NCBI GenBank assembly: GCA_963767005.1
Contig: CAVYCN010000008.1
Coordinates: 1-64,000 of the forward strand
Reading direction: 5' to 3'
Source of the DNA: an uncultured Actinomycetes bacterium
GTDB lineage: Bacteria > Actinomycetota > Thermoleophilia > UBA2241
Length of the DNA: 64,000 bases
Both the position numbers and the translations under genes were made by a program. The notes beneath the pieces were generated by a model. The model saw only the letters and a list, made by a program, of their open reading frames with translations. It did no database searches and was not told the origin of the DNA. This document shows, one piece after another, positions 9,454-19,492 of this stretch; the stretch's first letter is position 1, and each line of letters starts with the position of its first letter.

Positions 9454-11286
9454 CTACTTGACCGTGAGCGCGGCCCGGCCGACCGACGACTGGACGTTGC
9501 CCCAGCGGTCGGTGGCATAGACGTAATAGCGATAGGAGCCGCGCGCCAGCTTGCAGAGGTAACGGTACGACAGCGAGACGTTGGGCTGCTTGCTGCCCAC
9601 CGCGATCGTCTTGACGAGCTTGCCGGCGCGCGTGCGGATGCGGATCACGACCTTCTCGATGTCGTGCTTGCCGGTCGCGTCGTTGACGCGGTAGCGCAGG
9701 TTGACGTAATGCCCGCGCACGACGCTGGCCGCGGCCAGCGCCTTCGTGACCGGCTTGTGAGTGTCGGGCGTCGCCGCGCCGGCGAAGACCTTGAGGCAGA
9801 CGTCGGGTGAGTAGGTGGGATAGGCGACATCGAGGTCGGTCCACTGCGAACCGTCGCTGCTCACGTAGCTCTGTCCGGGAGCGCTCGCGGCCTTGCTCGA
9901 GTAGTCGGGCTCGTAGTCCTCGAGGGGGATCGGTCCGCCGATCTTCGTGCCGGTGCCCGGCGCCGTGAGCTCGGCGATGACGTAGAACTTGACGCCGGCG
10001 ACCACGTTCTGCGGCGCGATGCCGAGCGTGAAGTAGCCGGCCGTGTCGGTGGTGCCCGAGCCGACGGATGTCCAGGTGGCCCGGTCGGTGAGGCTCGAGC
10101 CGATGTAGAGCGTGTAGGACGTCCCCGGGCTCAGGGCGTAGAGCCCGACGGCCTCGAGGGAGCTGGCGCCCTTCACCGTGTAGCCCGCCGCCATCCAGGC
10201 CGTGTCGCTGCCGTAGCCGTAGTTGTCGGTGAAACCAAGGGTGTCGTGACCGAGGTTCTGCGCGTAGTCGGTCGTCGGCTCGCCGGTGAACACCGCCATC
10301 GAGGTGCCGATCAGCACGTCGGCGTAGGAGACGTAGAAATAACCCTGGGTGCTGGGGCTGCTCTGATCGCCGAAGCCGGTGCCCCAGCTGTTGCGGCAGA
10401 TGAAGGCGCCGTCCATGCCGGGATCGGTGCTGAAGTCGGCGCGCGGGTAGGAGTCGTCCCAGCCGACGATGTCGACGGCATGGTCGGCTGGCGAGGAGTC
10501 GTAGTAGTAGTAAGCGCTTGTGGACGGGTTGTAGTAGTCGGAGGTAGCGTTGGAGGCCATGCCCTCGTCGGCGTACATGGCGGTGTAGACGGCCCCGTAC
10601 TGCAGGACCGCGTTCTTGATCGTGTCGTTGTCGGACGGCGAGGTGCGATCGGGCAGGAAGAGCACGTCCTTGACGTGCTCGATGGTCGGCAGGCCGGAGA
10701 CGTAGCCACTGTCGGCTCCGGCCGACACCGACACGGGAGCGTGCCAGCGGGCGAGCTCGGCAGCGGCGATCTGATAGTTGCCGCCCTCCTGCAGGCCCCA
10801 GTCGAAGTCGGCCGCGGCCTTGTAGGCGAGGTCGTACTCGCCGTACATCGTGGTGGCCGGCAGGAGCGACCACTCGAGCGACGCGATGCTCGAGTAGGCC
10901 CAGCAGTCGTCGTCCTGGCCCTGGTCGCGGATGGCCGGCAGAAGATCGTAGTGGTCCGGGTCGTCACCGGGGTCGCGCGGGTCGTACGACGTCGGCAGGG
11001 TCGAGTCGCCCAGGGCGAGGGGCCCGCGACGAAGCGCGGTGGCGGACCATGCGACCGGGTCGACCGGCACCGGCACGAGCGGGTTGAGGGAGCGACCCGT
11101 CGCGGTGGCCGGCACGAGAGGGCCGGCGGTCCGGTCGTGAAGCCAGGCGCGAAACGCCGGGTTGAGCGGGCCGAAGTGCCCGGCCGGAGCGGCGTGGGCG
11201 GCGGGGGCCGCAAGGGCGGCCGCGCTCGCGGTCATGATGACCGCGAGGACGATCGTCCTGAACAACGGTCGGCGTGAACGTGTCAT
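9454..11286 (-). CDS. Secreted C1 (papain-family) cysteine peptidase with lectin-like and basic C-terminal beta domains
   Basis: Signal peptide; IRDQGQDDDCWAY (Gln/Cys), DHAVDIVGWDD (His), CRNSWG (Asn); GQSYVSSDG..W.D..VCLKVF lectin-like tail; GGAGG RBS. Confidence 0.9.
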   Translation of the reverse strand: MTRSRRPLFRTIVLAVIMTASAAALAAPAAHAAPAGHFGPLNPAFRAWLHDRTAGPLVPATATGRSLNPLVPVPVDPVAWSATALRRGPLALGDSTLPTSYDPRDPGDDPDHYDLLPAIRDQGQDDDCWAYSSIASLEWSLLPATTMYGEYDLAYKAAADFDWGLQEGGNYQIAAAELARWHAPVSVSAGADSGYVSGLPTIEHVKDVLFLPDRTSPSDNDTIKNAVLQYGAVYTAMYADEGMASNATSDYYNPSTSAYYYYDSSPADHAVDIVGWDDSYPRADFSTDPGMDGAFICRNSWGTGFGDQSSPSTQGYFYVSYADVLIGTSMAVFTGEPTTDYAQNLGHDTLGFTDNYGYGSDTAWMAAGYTVKGASSLEAVGLYALSPGTSYTLYIGSSLTDRATWTSVGSGTTDTAGYFTLGIAPQNVVAGVKFYVIAELTAPGTGTKIGGPIPLEDYEPDYSSKAASAPGQSYVSSDGSQWTDLDVAYPTYSPDVCLKVFAGAATPDTHKPVTKALAAASVVRGHYVNLRYRVNDATGKHDIEKVVIRIRTRAGKLVKTIAVGSKQPNVSLSYRYLCKLARGSYRYYVYATDRWGNVQSSVGRAALTVK

Positions 11287-11509
11287 GTGGGCCCTCCGGC
11301 GGCTGTTACCCGACCAACGTACCTCATCGAGTTGTCGGCTGCGTCCCGGCAGAACTTGACGATGGCGCCGTTGCCGGCCCGGGGGCGCCGGGCGGGGCAC
11401 GGGCGCGCTGGTTTTGCGGGCCCGGGCGGCAGGGACAATCTGAGGGCTCGGCAAGTGCGGGCCGGGCCGTGGCGGGGGCGTTCGACGGCCGGCCGGAAGG
11501 GAGGCTTCG

Positions 11510-13336
11510 ATGCTGTCTTCGCTGCGTCAGCGCAAGGTCGCGCGCGTCCTGTTCGACGAAGCTCACGGCGAGCCCTGGAGCATCAGGCCCGAGGCCGCCG
11601 CCATCCTGCGTTCGGACCGCCCCGCGGCGGCCTCGTACGCCCTGGCGGCCGCCGAGCTTGCCGGTCGCGACTTCACCGTGGCGGCGCACACGGCGGGGCC
11701 GCTCACGGCGGAGATCCTGGCGGCGGCCGACGTGCTGGTCCTCGCCGGTCCGCCGGGCGTCGTCCTCGCGACCACCGGCCGCGTCCTCGGGGGCGCGCCG
11801 TTCGCGGGCGCGACGGCGGCGCCGGCCGCTCTGCGCGAGGCAGAGGCCGACGCCGTGGCGGCGTTCGTCGCGGCCGGCGGCGGCCTCGTCGTGCTGGACG
11901 TGGCCGAAGCTGAGCGGTTCGGCGACGAGCGTCTCGACGAGCCCGACCACCGCCGGCTCTGGCTCGACACGCTGTACCGCGCCGCGCTGCCGGCGTTCCG
12001 CGCCGCGCCGGAGCCGATCGTGTCGGCCGCCGCCGCCGACCCGGCGTGGACGCGCCTGCGCGACGCGACCGACGCGCTGCGCCTGCTGCAGGAGCCGCGT
12101 GGCGAGGTCGACCTCTCCCGTCACGACGCCGCCCGCGTCGGCGCCCTGGTCGAAGCCATGGTCGCGGCGATCGCCGAGCTTGCGCCGCGCTTCCCTCACG
12201 ACGCCGCCTACCTCGAGCAGGTGCGAGGCGACCTGCGCCGCTGGGTCGACGAGGGCTGCGGCAAGCCCGACTTCGGCGCCGCGCTCGCCCTCTTTCGTCC
12301 GGAGCTCGCGCGCCGCGACGGCATCGAGCACCTCGTCGTGTTCCCCCTGTACACGCCGAACGGCTCGCCCGACACGCGCTTCGAGGCCCTGATCGTGCGC
12401 ACGCCCTGGCCCGACTTTGTGGCGACGCTCGAGCGCGAGCGCTACGACAACGCCAAGTACGTGCCGGTGCAGCTCGTCGACCACACCGCCGGCTACGACG
12501 GCGAGTGCGCCGTGCTGTTCCCCGAGACGGTGAGCGTCGCCGTCCGGCCGACCAACAACTTCGGCGCCATCTTCTGCGACCGCGAGGCCGAGCGCTTCCA
12601 GCGCGCCACGCGCCGCGCCGCCGACGTCCTGCGCATCGACCTGCCGCCCGCCGCCGCGGCGTTGCTCGAAAGCGGCGACCTCGTGCGCGATACGTACATC
12701 CTCTGGGACATGATCCACGACCGCTGGCACAGCCACGGCGACCTGCCCTTCGACCCGTTCATGATCCGCCAGCGCCTGCCCTACTGGATGTACTCGCTCG
12801 AGGAGCTGCGCGTCGACCTCGCCACCTACGGCACGGCCGCGGAGCTCGTCGGCGAGGGCTTCGCCTTCGCGCGCCACGTGCAGTACGCGATCCTGTTCGA
12901 CCGCATCCTGCGCTTCCCGATCACCGGGAACCGGGTGCGCAACTACGACGGTCTCGGCGGCCAGCTCCTGTTCGCCTACCTGCATCAGACCGGCGTGCTG
13001 CGCTGGACCGACAACCGCCTCGTCATCGACTGGGAGCGGGTCGACGCCGGCGTGGCCGAGCTGCGGGAACGGCTCGACGACCTGTACCGGCGCGGCATCG
13101 ACCTGAGCCGGGTCTCCTACTGGATCGCGGCCCACGACCTGATCGCCGAGCACGTCCAGCCCAACGTGCAGTCGCAGTGGCAGCGCGAGCGGCGCGTGTA
13201 CTCCGACGAGGCCGAGCCGCGGGCCTGGGTCGAGCGCATGCTCGACGACGAGTTCCCGCTCAGCATGTTCTACGAGACCTACAAGAAGAAGCTCGCCGAG
13301 CAGGAGGCGCCGGTCGCCGCGGCTGCGGCGGCGTAG
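11510..13336 (+). CDS. DUF6421-like actinobacterial protein with N-terminal GATase-like (FDEAHGE) domain
   Basis: HLVVFPLYTPNGS, FGAIFCDREAERF, WDMIHDRWHSHGDLPFDPFMI, LEELRVD, NYDGLGGQLLF; GGAGG RBS. Confidence 0.75.
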   Translation: MLSSLRQRKVARVLFDEAHGEPWSIRPEAAAILRSDRPAAASYALAAAELAGRDFTVAAHTAGPLTAEILAAADVLVLAGPPGVVLATTGRVLGGAPFAGATAAPAALREAEADAVAAFVAAGGGLVVLDVAEAERFGDERLDEPDHRRLWLDTLYRAALPAFRAAPEPIVSAAAADPAWTRLRDATDALRLLQEPRGEVDLSRHDAARVGALVEAMVAAIAELAPRFPHDAAYLEQVRGDLRRWVDEGCGKPDFGAALALFRPELARRDGIEHLVVFPLYTPNGSPDTRFEALIVRTPWPDFVATLERERYDNAKYVPVQLVDHTAGYDGECAVLFPETVSVAVRPTNNFGAIFCDREAERFQRATRRAADVLRIDLPPAAAALLESGDLVRDTYILWDMIHDRWHSHGDLPFDPFMIRQRLPYWMYSLEELRVDLATYGTAAELVGEGFAFARHVQYAILFDRILRFPITGNRVRNYDGLGGQLLFAYLHQTGVLRWTDNRLVIDWERVDAGVAELRERLDDLYRRGIDLSRVSYWIAAHDLIAEHVQPNVQSQWQRERRVYSDEAEPRAWVERMLDDEFPLSMFYETYKKKLAEQEAPVAAAAAA

Positions 13337-13371
13337 CCGGGTGGGCGACGCCCGCCCGCGCCGCCTGCCTT

Positions 13372-13794
13372 TCAGTCCTCGATTCGGAAGCTCGCGACGA
13401 TCGGGGTGGCCGGCCTGATCATGGCCCAGACCGGGCAGATCTTCTCGTCGGCCAGGGCGATGCAGTGCTCGACGACCGCGGGGTCGAGGCCCTCGCCGCG
13501 CAGCACGAGCTCGACGTCGATGCGCGTCAGCACGGTGGGATGCTCGTCGCGGCGCTGGCCGCGGGCCGTGACGCGCAGGCCGCTCACCTGCTGGCCGCGC
13601 TTGGCCAGCAGCATGGGCACGGTGTTGCCGGCGCAGCAGGCGACGCTCACGAGCAGCAGCTTGAGCGGGGTGAGGCCGGCGACCTCCTGCCCAGGCTCGA
13701 GCGGGTAGTCGACCGTGACGCTGTGCTCGCCGTCGCCGGCGGTCAACTTCATGCCGCCCTGGTAGTCGGCCTGGATCACGAGCTCGCTGGGCAC
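13372..13794 (-). CDS. OsmC-family protein
   Basis: TPLKLLLVSVACC and EKICPV conserved Cys positions; HP.VLTRI. Confidence 0.88.
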   Translation of the reverse strand: MPSELVIQADYQGGMKLTAGDGEHSVTVDYPLEPGQEVAGLTPLKLLLVSVACCAGNTVPMLLAKRGQQVSGLRVTARGQRRDEHPTVLTRIDVELVLRGEGLDPAVVEHCIALADEKICPVWAMIRPATPIVASFRIED

Positions 13795-13807
13795 GGACTT
13801 CCCTTCG

Positions 13808-14791
<984 letters not shown>

Positions 14792-14863
14792 CGGTCTCCC
14801 TTTGCCTTCGAACGGTGGGCGTGCGCCGCTTTCGCGCGGCGTTCGCCCCGTCGCGCGCCTAGT

Positions 14864-16060
14864 CTACTCGCTCGGAGAGGCGCTCGGCGTGGGCGAGTCG
14901 GTGGCCGACGGCGACGCCGAGGGCGTCGGCGACGGGCTCGCGCTGTCGCTGGTGGAGGGCGACGGGGTCGGCGAGGTCGGAGTCGAGGCGGAGGGCGTGG
15001 GCGTGGGGGTCGGTGCGGCGTCGCCGAGGTGCGTGTCGCTCGGTGATGGCGACGGCGTCGGCGAAGGCGAGAGCACGGCCACAGCCGGCGGCGACGCTAC
15101 GGCGCTCGTCGAGACGCTCGGCGACGGTGTCGCGTGGCCAGTGACGCCCAGGGCGCTCGTGGCGCTCGCGCGGACGCCGGGCCGCGCGCTGGCTGCGGCG
15201 ACCACGCCGGAGCGGACCGGCGCGCGGTGGTGCGCACCGTGGTGGGCGTCGCTCACGCCGCTCGCCACGGTGGCGGCCGCGGCCAGCACGGCGGCGAGCT
15301 TGAGCGCGGCCGAGCCGCCGAGGGCCGAACCGAGGCCGCCGCCGGCCACGCCGACCGGGGCGGCTGAGCCGGCGCCGAGGGCGAGCGGGCTCAGGTCGGG
15401 CAGGGGATGCGCGGGCAGGACGGGCGCCGCCGGCGGGGGCGGCGCCATGAGCGAGGGCGGCAGCGCGACGAGCGGCAAAAGGGCCCCGGCGCCGATCCAG
15501 GCCGGCAGGGCGCGCTGCTCGACGCCGGCAAGCGCGGCGAAACGGGTGCGAAACGACGTGCGGGCGCGGGCCAGCAGCACCTCGGCCGAGCCGGGTGTCA
15601 CCTCGAGAAGCAGGGCGAGCTCCGCCGTCGAGAGCCCATGGACGTCCTTGAGCAGTAGGGCGGCCTGCTGGCGGGCGCTCAGCGTCTCGAGCGTACGCTC
15701 GAACAGGGCGCCGAGCTCGGCCTGCTCGAACGGGTCGCCGGGCGCGGCCGCGTCGCGCTCGGGCTCGGCGGCAGCCGGCCGCCGCCGAGCCGTGGCGCGC
15801 AGGTGGTCGTAGCAGCGGTTGAGCGTGATGCGGTAGAGCCAGGGTCGCAGGCGCACCTCGCGGTCGCGCGGCAGGCGCTCGTAGGCGCGGATGAGCACGT
15901 CGTGGGTGATGTCTTCGGCGTCTTCGCGCTGGCGGACGAGGCGCAGCGCGAGGTTGTAGATGCCGACCGCGTAGCGGCCGTGCAGCCGGGCGAGCGAGCC
16001 GGGCGCGTGACGACGCAGGTCGGCGACCAGGCGGGCGTCGTCGGGCTCGACGTCGATCAC
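14864..16060 (-). CDS. ECF sigma factor with long hydrophobic and Pro/Ser/Thr-rich C-terminal extension (start uncertain: GTG 16060 or ATG 16108)
   Basis: Region 2 AEDITHDVLIRAY/PWLYRITLNRC; region 4 LSARQQAALLLKDVHGLSTAELA..GSAEVLLARAR. Confidence 0.88.
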   Translation of the reverse strand: MIDVEPDDARLVADLRRHAPGSLARLHGRYAVGIYNLALRLVRQREDAEDITHDVLIRAYERLPRDREVRLRPWLYRITLNRCYDHLRATARRRPAAAEPERDAAAPGDPFEQAELGALFERTLETLSARQQAALLLKDVHGLSTAELALLLEVTPGSAEVLLARARTSFRTRFAALAGVEQRALPAWIGAGALLPLVALPPSLMAPPPPAAPVLPAHPLPDLSPLALGAGSAAPVGVAGGGLGSALGGSAALKLAAVLAAAATVASGVSDAHHGAHHRAPVRSGVVAAASARPGVRASATSALGVTGHATPSPSVSTSAVASPPAVAVLSPSPTPSPSPSDTHLGDAAPTPTPTPSASTPTSPTPSPSTSDSASPSPTPSASPSATDSPTPSASPSE

Positions 16061-16290
16061 GTCGTGCCGGCGCCCAGCCGTGTGTTCGCCGCCCCCCGAC
16101 CTGCCCATGACACCCCCGTCTCGATGACTACCGCCCCACTACTTAACGTGAGGCGCACGAGAACCTTAGCACCCCGCCGGGAGGCTGTCGCGGCGCGGGT
16201 CGTGGCCGTTAGGGTTCGCCGCCGCGGCGACGTTCCATGTGTCGAGAGCGCTGTCCCCGCAGCGAGGTCTCCCGTCCAAGGAGGAGGAAC

Positions 16291-17022
16291 ATGAAGAAGG
16301 TCCTGCTGGCGCTGGCCGTGGCCCTCGTGGCGCTGGCCTGCAGCGCTCCGGCGTTCGCCGCGACGAGCGTCGTGCCCGAGAACCAGATCCCGTGGTGGCA
16401 CCCGGCCCACACGTTCGTCGCGGCCGGCAATGCGCAGGCCGTCGACACCGCGAACGGCCGCCTGGTCGTGCGCGTGACGCTCGCCTCGGCGGGCGTCGCC
16501 CAGTACCTCGGCGACGACCTCACCGTGGTCGTCACCGCCAAGACCCAGCTGCTGCGGCCTCACGGTCGGCTGTACCGGGCCATCACCCTCGGCGCGATCC
16601 GTCTGGGCGACCACGTGCGCGTGACCGGCAAGATCGACTTGACCGACCCGGCCCAGCCGGTCTACACGGCGACCCGGGTGATCGCGACCCACGTGGTACA
16701 GCCGAACCAGATCAAGTGGTTCGCCTTCCGCGGCCCCGTCAAGGCGATCGACACGACCGCCGGCACGATCGTCGCCCGGCCGGTGCAGGTGACGCGCGGG
16801 CTCTTCGACGTGGTAGGCGTGAAGACGACCTTCGTCGTCGCCCCGACCGCCCGCATCTTCACCTGGGTGGCAGGCAAGCCCGTCGTGCTCACGCTGGCCG
16901 ACGTCACGGTCGGCGAGCACATCCTCGCCCAGGGCTCGATCGACCGCAGCGTGCCGGCCGCGCCTGTGTTCACCATCAAGTGGATGCGCGTCTTCGTGCC
17001 GCAGCCGACGCCCGCGTCGTGA
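16291..17022 (+). CDS. Secreted protein with two internally repeated beta-rich (DUF5666/OB-like) domains
   Basis: AAGGAGG RBS, signal peptide, repeated F.G...A.DT..G...ITL..I..G.H....G.ID...PA.PV.T units. Confidence 0.8.
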   Translation: MKKVLLALAVALVALACSAPAFAATSVVPENQIPWWHPAHTFVAAGNAQAVDTANGRLVVRVTLASAGVAQYLGDDLTVVVTAKTQLLRPHGRLYRAITLGAIRLGDHVRVTGKIDLTDPAQPVYTATRVIATHVVQPNQIKWFAFRGPVKAIDTTAGTIVARPVQVTRGLFDVVGVKTTFVVAPTARIFTWVAGKPVVLTLADVTVGEHILAQGSIDRSVPAAPVFTIKWMRVFVPQPTPAS

Positions 17023-17240
17023 CGCTCCGCTCGTGACGCCGGCGGCGTGACGCCGGTGTCGTGACCGCCACGACCCGGGGTGGGCGCTCGCCTAAAGCGA
17101 GCGCCCACCCCGTCCGGTCGGCCGCCATGGCCTTTCGCGCCGGCTGGCCTCGTGCCGCCCGGGGCGCCGCCGCTCCCGCCGGCCGGTGCGCGCGCCGGAC
17201 CTTGAGTCGAGGTGCTTGAGGCGCCCCCTCGAGTGGTCGA

Positions 17241-17246
17241 TATACT
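17241..17246 (+). promoter_or_regulatory. -10 box, probably for a leaderless transcript
   Basis: TATACT 7 nt before ATG 17254; no SD. Confidence 0.55.
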
Positions 17247-17253
17247 GGCCGTG

Positions 17254-18552
17254 ATGGAGCTCCCACCCGCAGCACCGTCCGCACCGAAGGGCACCTGGCC
17301 GTCGCGGCGCGCCCTCGCGCTGCTGCTCGTGCTGCTGGTCGCGGCCGTGGCGACGAGCTACTGGGTCGAGATCGTGTCGAACGCCTTCAACGACGTCGAC
17401 CCCATCGTGCACGTCCCCAACTACGACTTCTTCCAGTACTACGCCGGCGGCCACAACTGGAACATGGGGCTCGACCCCTACGTCAACCACCCGGGCGTGC
17501 CCGGCGCCATCCTCCACCCGCGCTTCGACACGCACCAGATCACCGGCTTCATCTACCCGCCGACCCTCCTGCCGGTCTACGGCGCCCTGGCGAAGTACTC
17601 CTACGACGACGCGCGCCGCGCCTGGCTGGCGATCACCCTGAGCGCCTTCGCCCTGCTCATCGCCGTCGCTGCGTGGACGACCCCCGGGCGCCGGCTCGAG
17701 GTGCTGGCCGCCACGCTGCTGCTCACGATCGCGTCGTACCCGTTCATCTACCACGTCCACAACGGTCAGGCCGACCTGCTGTCGGCCGCCCTGACCTGCT
17801 CGGGCTTCCTGCTCTACCCACGCTGGCGCGGCTGGCCGACGGCCGCACTGCTCGCGCTCGCCGTGGCCACCAAGGTGACGCCGGTCCTGATCCTCGCCGT
17901 CATGGTCGTGTACTTCCGCGACTGGCGCCTGGCCGTCAAGGCGCTCGTCTGTGGCGCCGTGCTCGCCGGCGTCTCGCTCATCTGGGTGCACCCCGCACTC
18001 TATCGCGAGTACTTCTTCACCACGCTGCCGTCGATCGCCGTGTCCGACCCGTCGCGCTTCAATCAGACGGTGCTGCGCTTCTGGTGGAAGTATCCGCTCG
18101 TGCTGAAGGCGATGTCGGGGCTCGGCTATCTCGCGCTGCTGTTCCTGGTGTACGTGGCGAGTCGGAACCGGCGTCGTGAGCCGCTGCCGCCCGACGCCGT
18201 CGAGGAGCGGCGCACCGAGCGGTACGCGGTCCTGCTCCTCGCCGTGCTCTTCATGCTGTTCTTCTCGCCGCTCGCCTGGCAGATGGCCTACGTCTGGCCG
18301 ATCGTGCCGCTCGCCCTCGTCCTCACGGCGCGCCCGCCGGCGGGCCGCCCGGCCGCGGTCCTGGCCCTCGGCGTGGCCGCGGCGCTGCTCTGCAGCCGCG
18401 TCTTCGCGGTGCGCGCGCTCGACCTGCTGAACGTGCTGGGCGCGGCGGTCGCCATGCTCTCGCTCATGCGCTGGTACCTGCCGCTCGAGCAGCCCGCGGG
18501 GGTAGCCGTGCCGGCGACACTCGACGCGGAGGCCGGCGGCTCGGGTCCCTAG
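17254..18552 (+). CDS. GT-C polytopic glycosyltransferase (GT87/DUF2029-like)
   Basis: DFFQYY, FIYPP, NGQ, ATKVTP and NQT motifs; many TM helices. Confidence 0.85.
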   Translation: MELPPAAPSAPKGTWPSRRALALLLVLLVAAVATSYWVEIVSNAFNDVDPIVHVPNYDFFQYYAGGHNWNMGLDPYVNHPGVPGAILHPRFDTHQITGFIYPPTLLPVYGALAKYSYDDARRAWLAITLSAFALLIAVAAWTTPGRRLEVLAATLLLTIASYPFIYHVHNGQADLLSAALTCSGFLLYPRWRGWPTAALLALAVATKVTPVLILAVMVVYFRDWRLAVKALVCGAVLAGVSLIWVHPALYREYFFTTLPSIAVSDPSRFNQTVLRFWWKYPLVLKAMSGLGYLALLFLVYVASRNRRREPLPPDAVEERRTERYAVLLLAVLFMLFFSPLAWQMAYVWPIVPLALVLTARPPAGRPAAVLALGVAAALLCSRVFAVRALDLLNVLGAAVAMLSLMRWYLPLEQPAGVAVPATLDAEAGGSGP

Positions 18553-18628
18553 AGACGGCTCGGGCCGGCATGCGGCCGGCCCGTCGGTCCGTTCGTGTCT
18601 GTCCGCGCCCTCGGGCGCGCGGCGCCGC

Positions 18629-19279
18629 TCAGCTTCCCTTGACCGGCCCGATCGTGAACGACGCCATCGCCGGGCCGAGCTTGGACCAGGCGCTCGACCA
18701 GGTCGCCTTGCTCGACTGACCGGTGACCCAGTAGCCGTACGCGCCCTTGGCCAGCAGGTACGACATCGCGCCCACCTGCGCGCCCTGGTTGCTGTAGGTG
18801 TAGGTCACCTGGAGCCCCGGCGTGCCGTTCAGGGTGATCGGCTTGATGGGGTCGGTGATCTTCACGTCGGGGAGAAGCTTGAGCAGGCCCGCCACGATGC
18901 CGACGAAGGCGGCGCGGTGGACGGTCAGGTCGTGGGCGCCGACCCGCTTGCTCATCGCGTAGACCGACACCTGCAGACCGTCGATGTAGCCCAGGCCGCC
19001 CGCGGTCGCGCCCTTGGGGTCGGCCCAGTTCATCGACAGCAGGCTGGTGACGACCTTGTCGTTGGCCTTGGCGGCGTGCACCGCGCTCACCCAGCGCAGC
19101 GGGTACCGGATCGAGAACTGGTACTTGGCGTTCGTGACGAGGGCGAACGCCGACACGGGCGCGGCGGTCGGCGAGCCCGCGGCGCTGGGGGCGCTCGACG
19201 AGCAAGCCGAGAGCGCGGCGAGCGGCACGATGAGGGCCGCGCCGGCGAGCAGGGTGAGGATGAGGTGGCGAGTGCGCAC
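18629..19279 (-). CDS. Lipoprotein, possibly PsbP-like fold
   Basis: AAGGAG RBS; lipobox LSAC; FSIRYP..W, ITLNGTPG and C-terminal MASF pattern. Confidence 0.75.
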   Translation of the reverse strand: MRTRHLILTLLAGAALIVPLAALSACSSSAPSAAGSPTAAPVSAFALVTNAKYQFSIRYPLRWVSAVHAAKANDKVVTSLLSMNWADPKGATAGGLGYIDGLQVSVYAMSKRVGAHDLTVHRAAFVGIVAGLLKLLPDVKITDPIKPITLNGTPGLQVTYTYSNQGAQVGAMSYLLAKGAYGYWVTGQSSKATWSSAWSKLGPAMASFTIGPVKGS

Positions 19280-19492
19280 GACATCTCCTTTGGTCGTTGC
19301 AGGCGGCCCGCGGCCCGGTCTGCCCGCGAGGGCCCGGCGGGTCTCCTCGGGTTTCGGCGCAAGTGCCGCCGAGCTTGAGGGTGTGGGAGCGCATTTTCCG
19401 CTGCCGTTGCGATACCATCGAGGCCCGGCCGCACGGGCGCGGCGGGCACGGCGGCGGCCACCGGGGCGGCCGTGCGGGCGGCGGAGGCGTGC

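Noticed and set aside
17018-17075. Four cgtgac motifs after the stop codon at 17022
   Set aside because: They are short and GC-rich, with 13-15 nt spacing and no further conservation, so they are not distinguishable from terminator-region low complexity.
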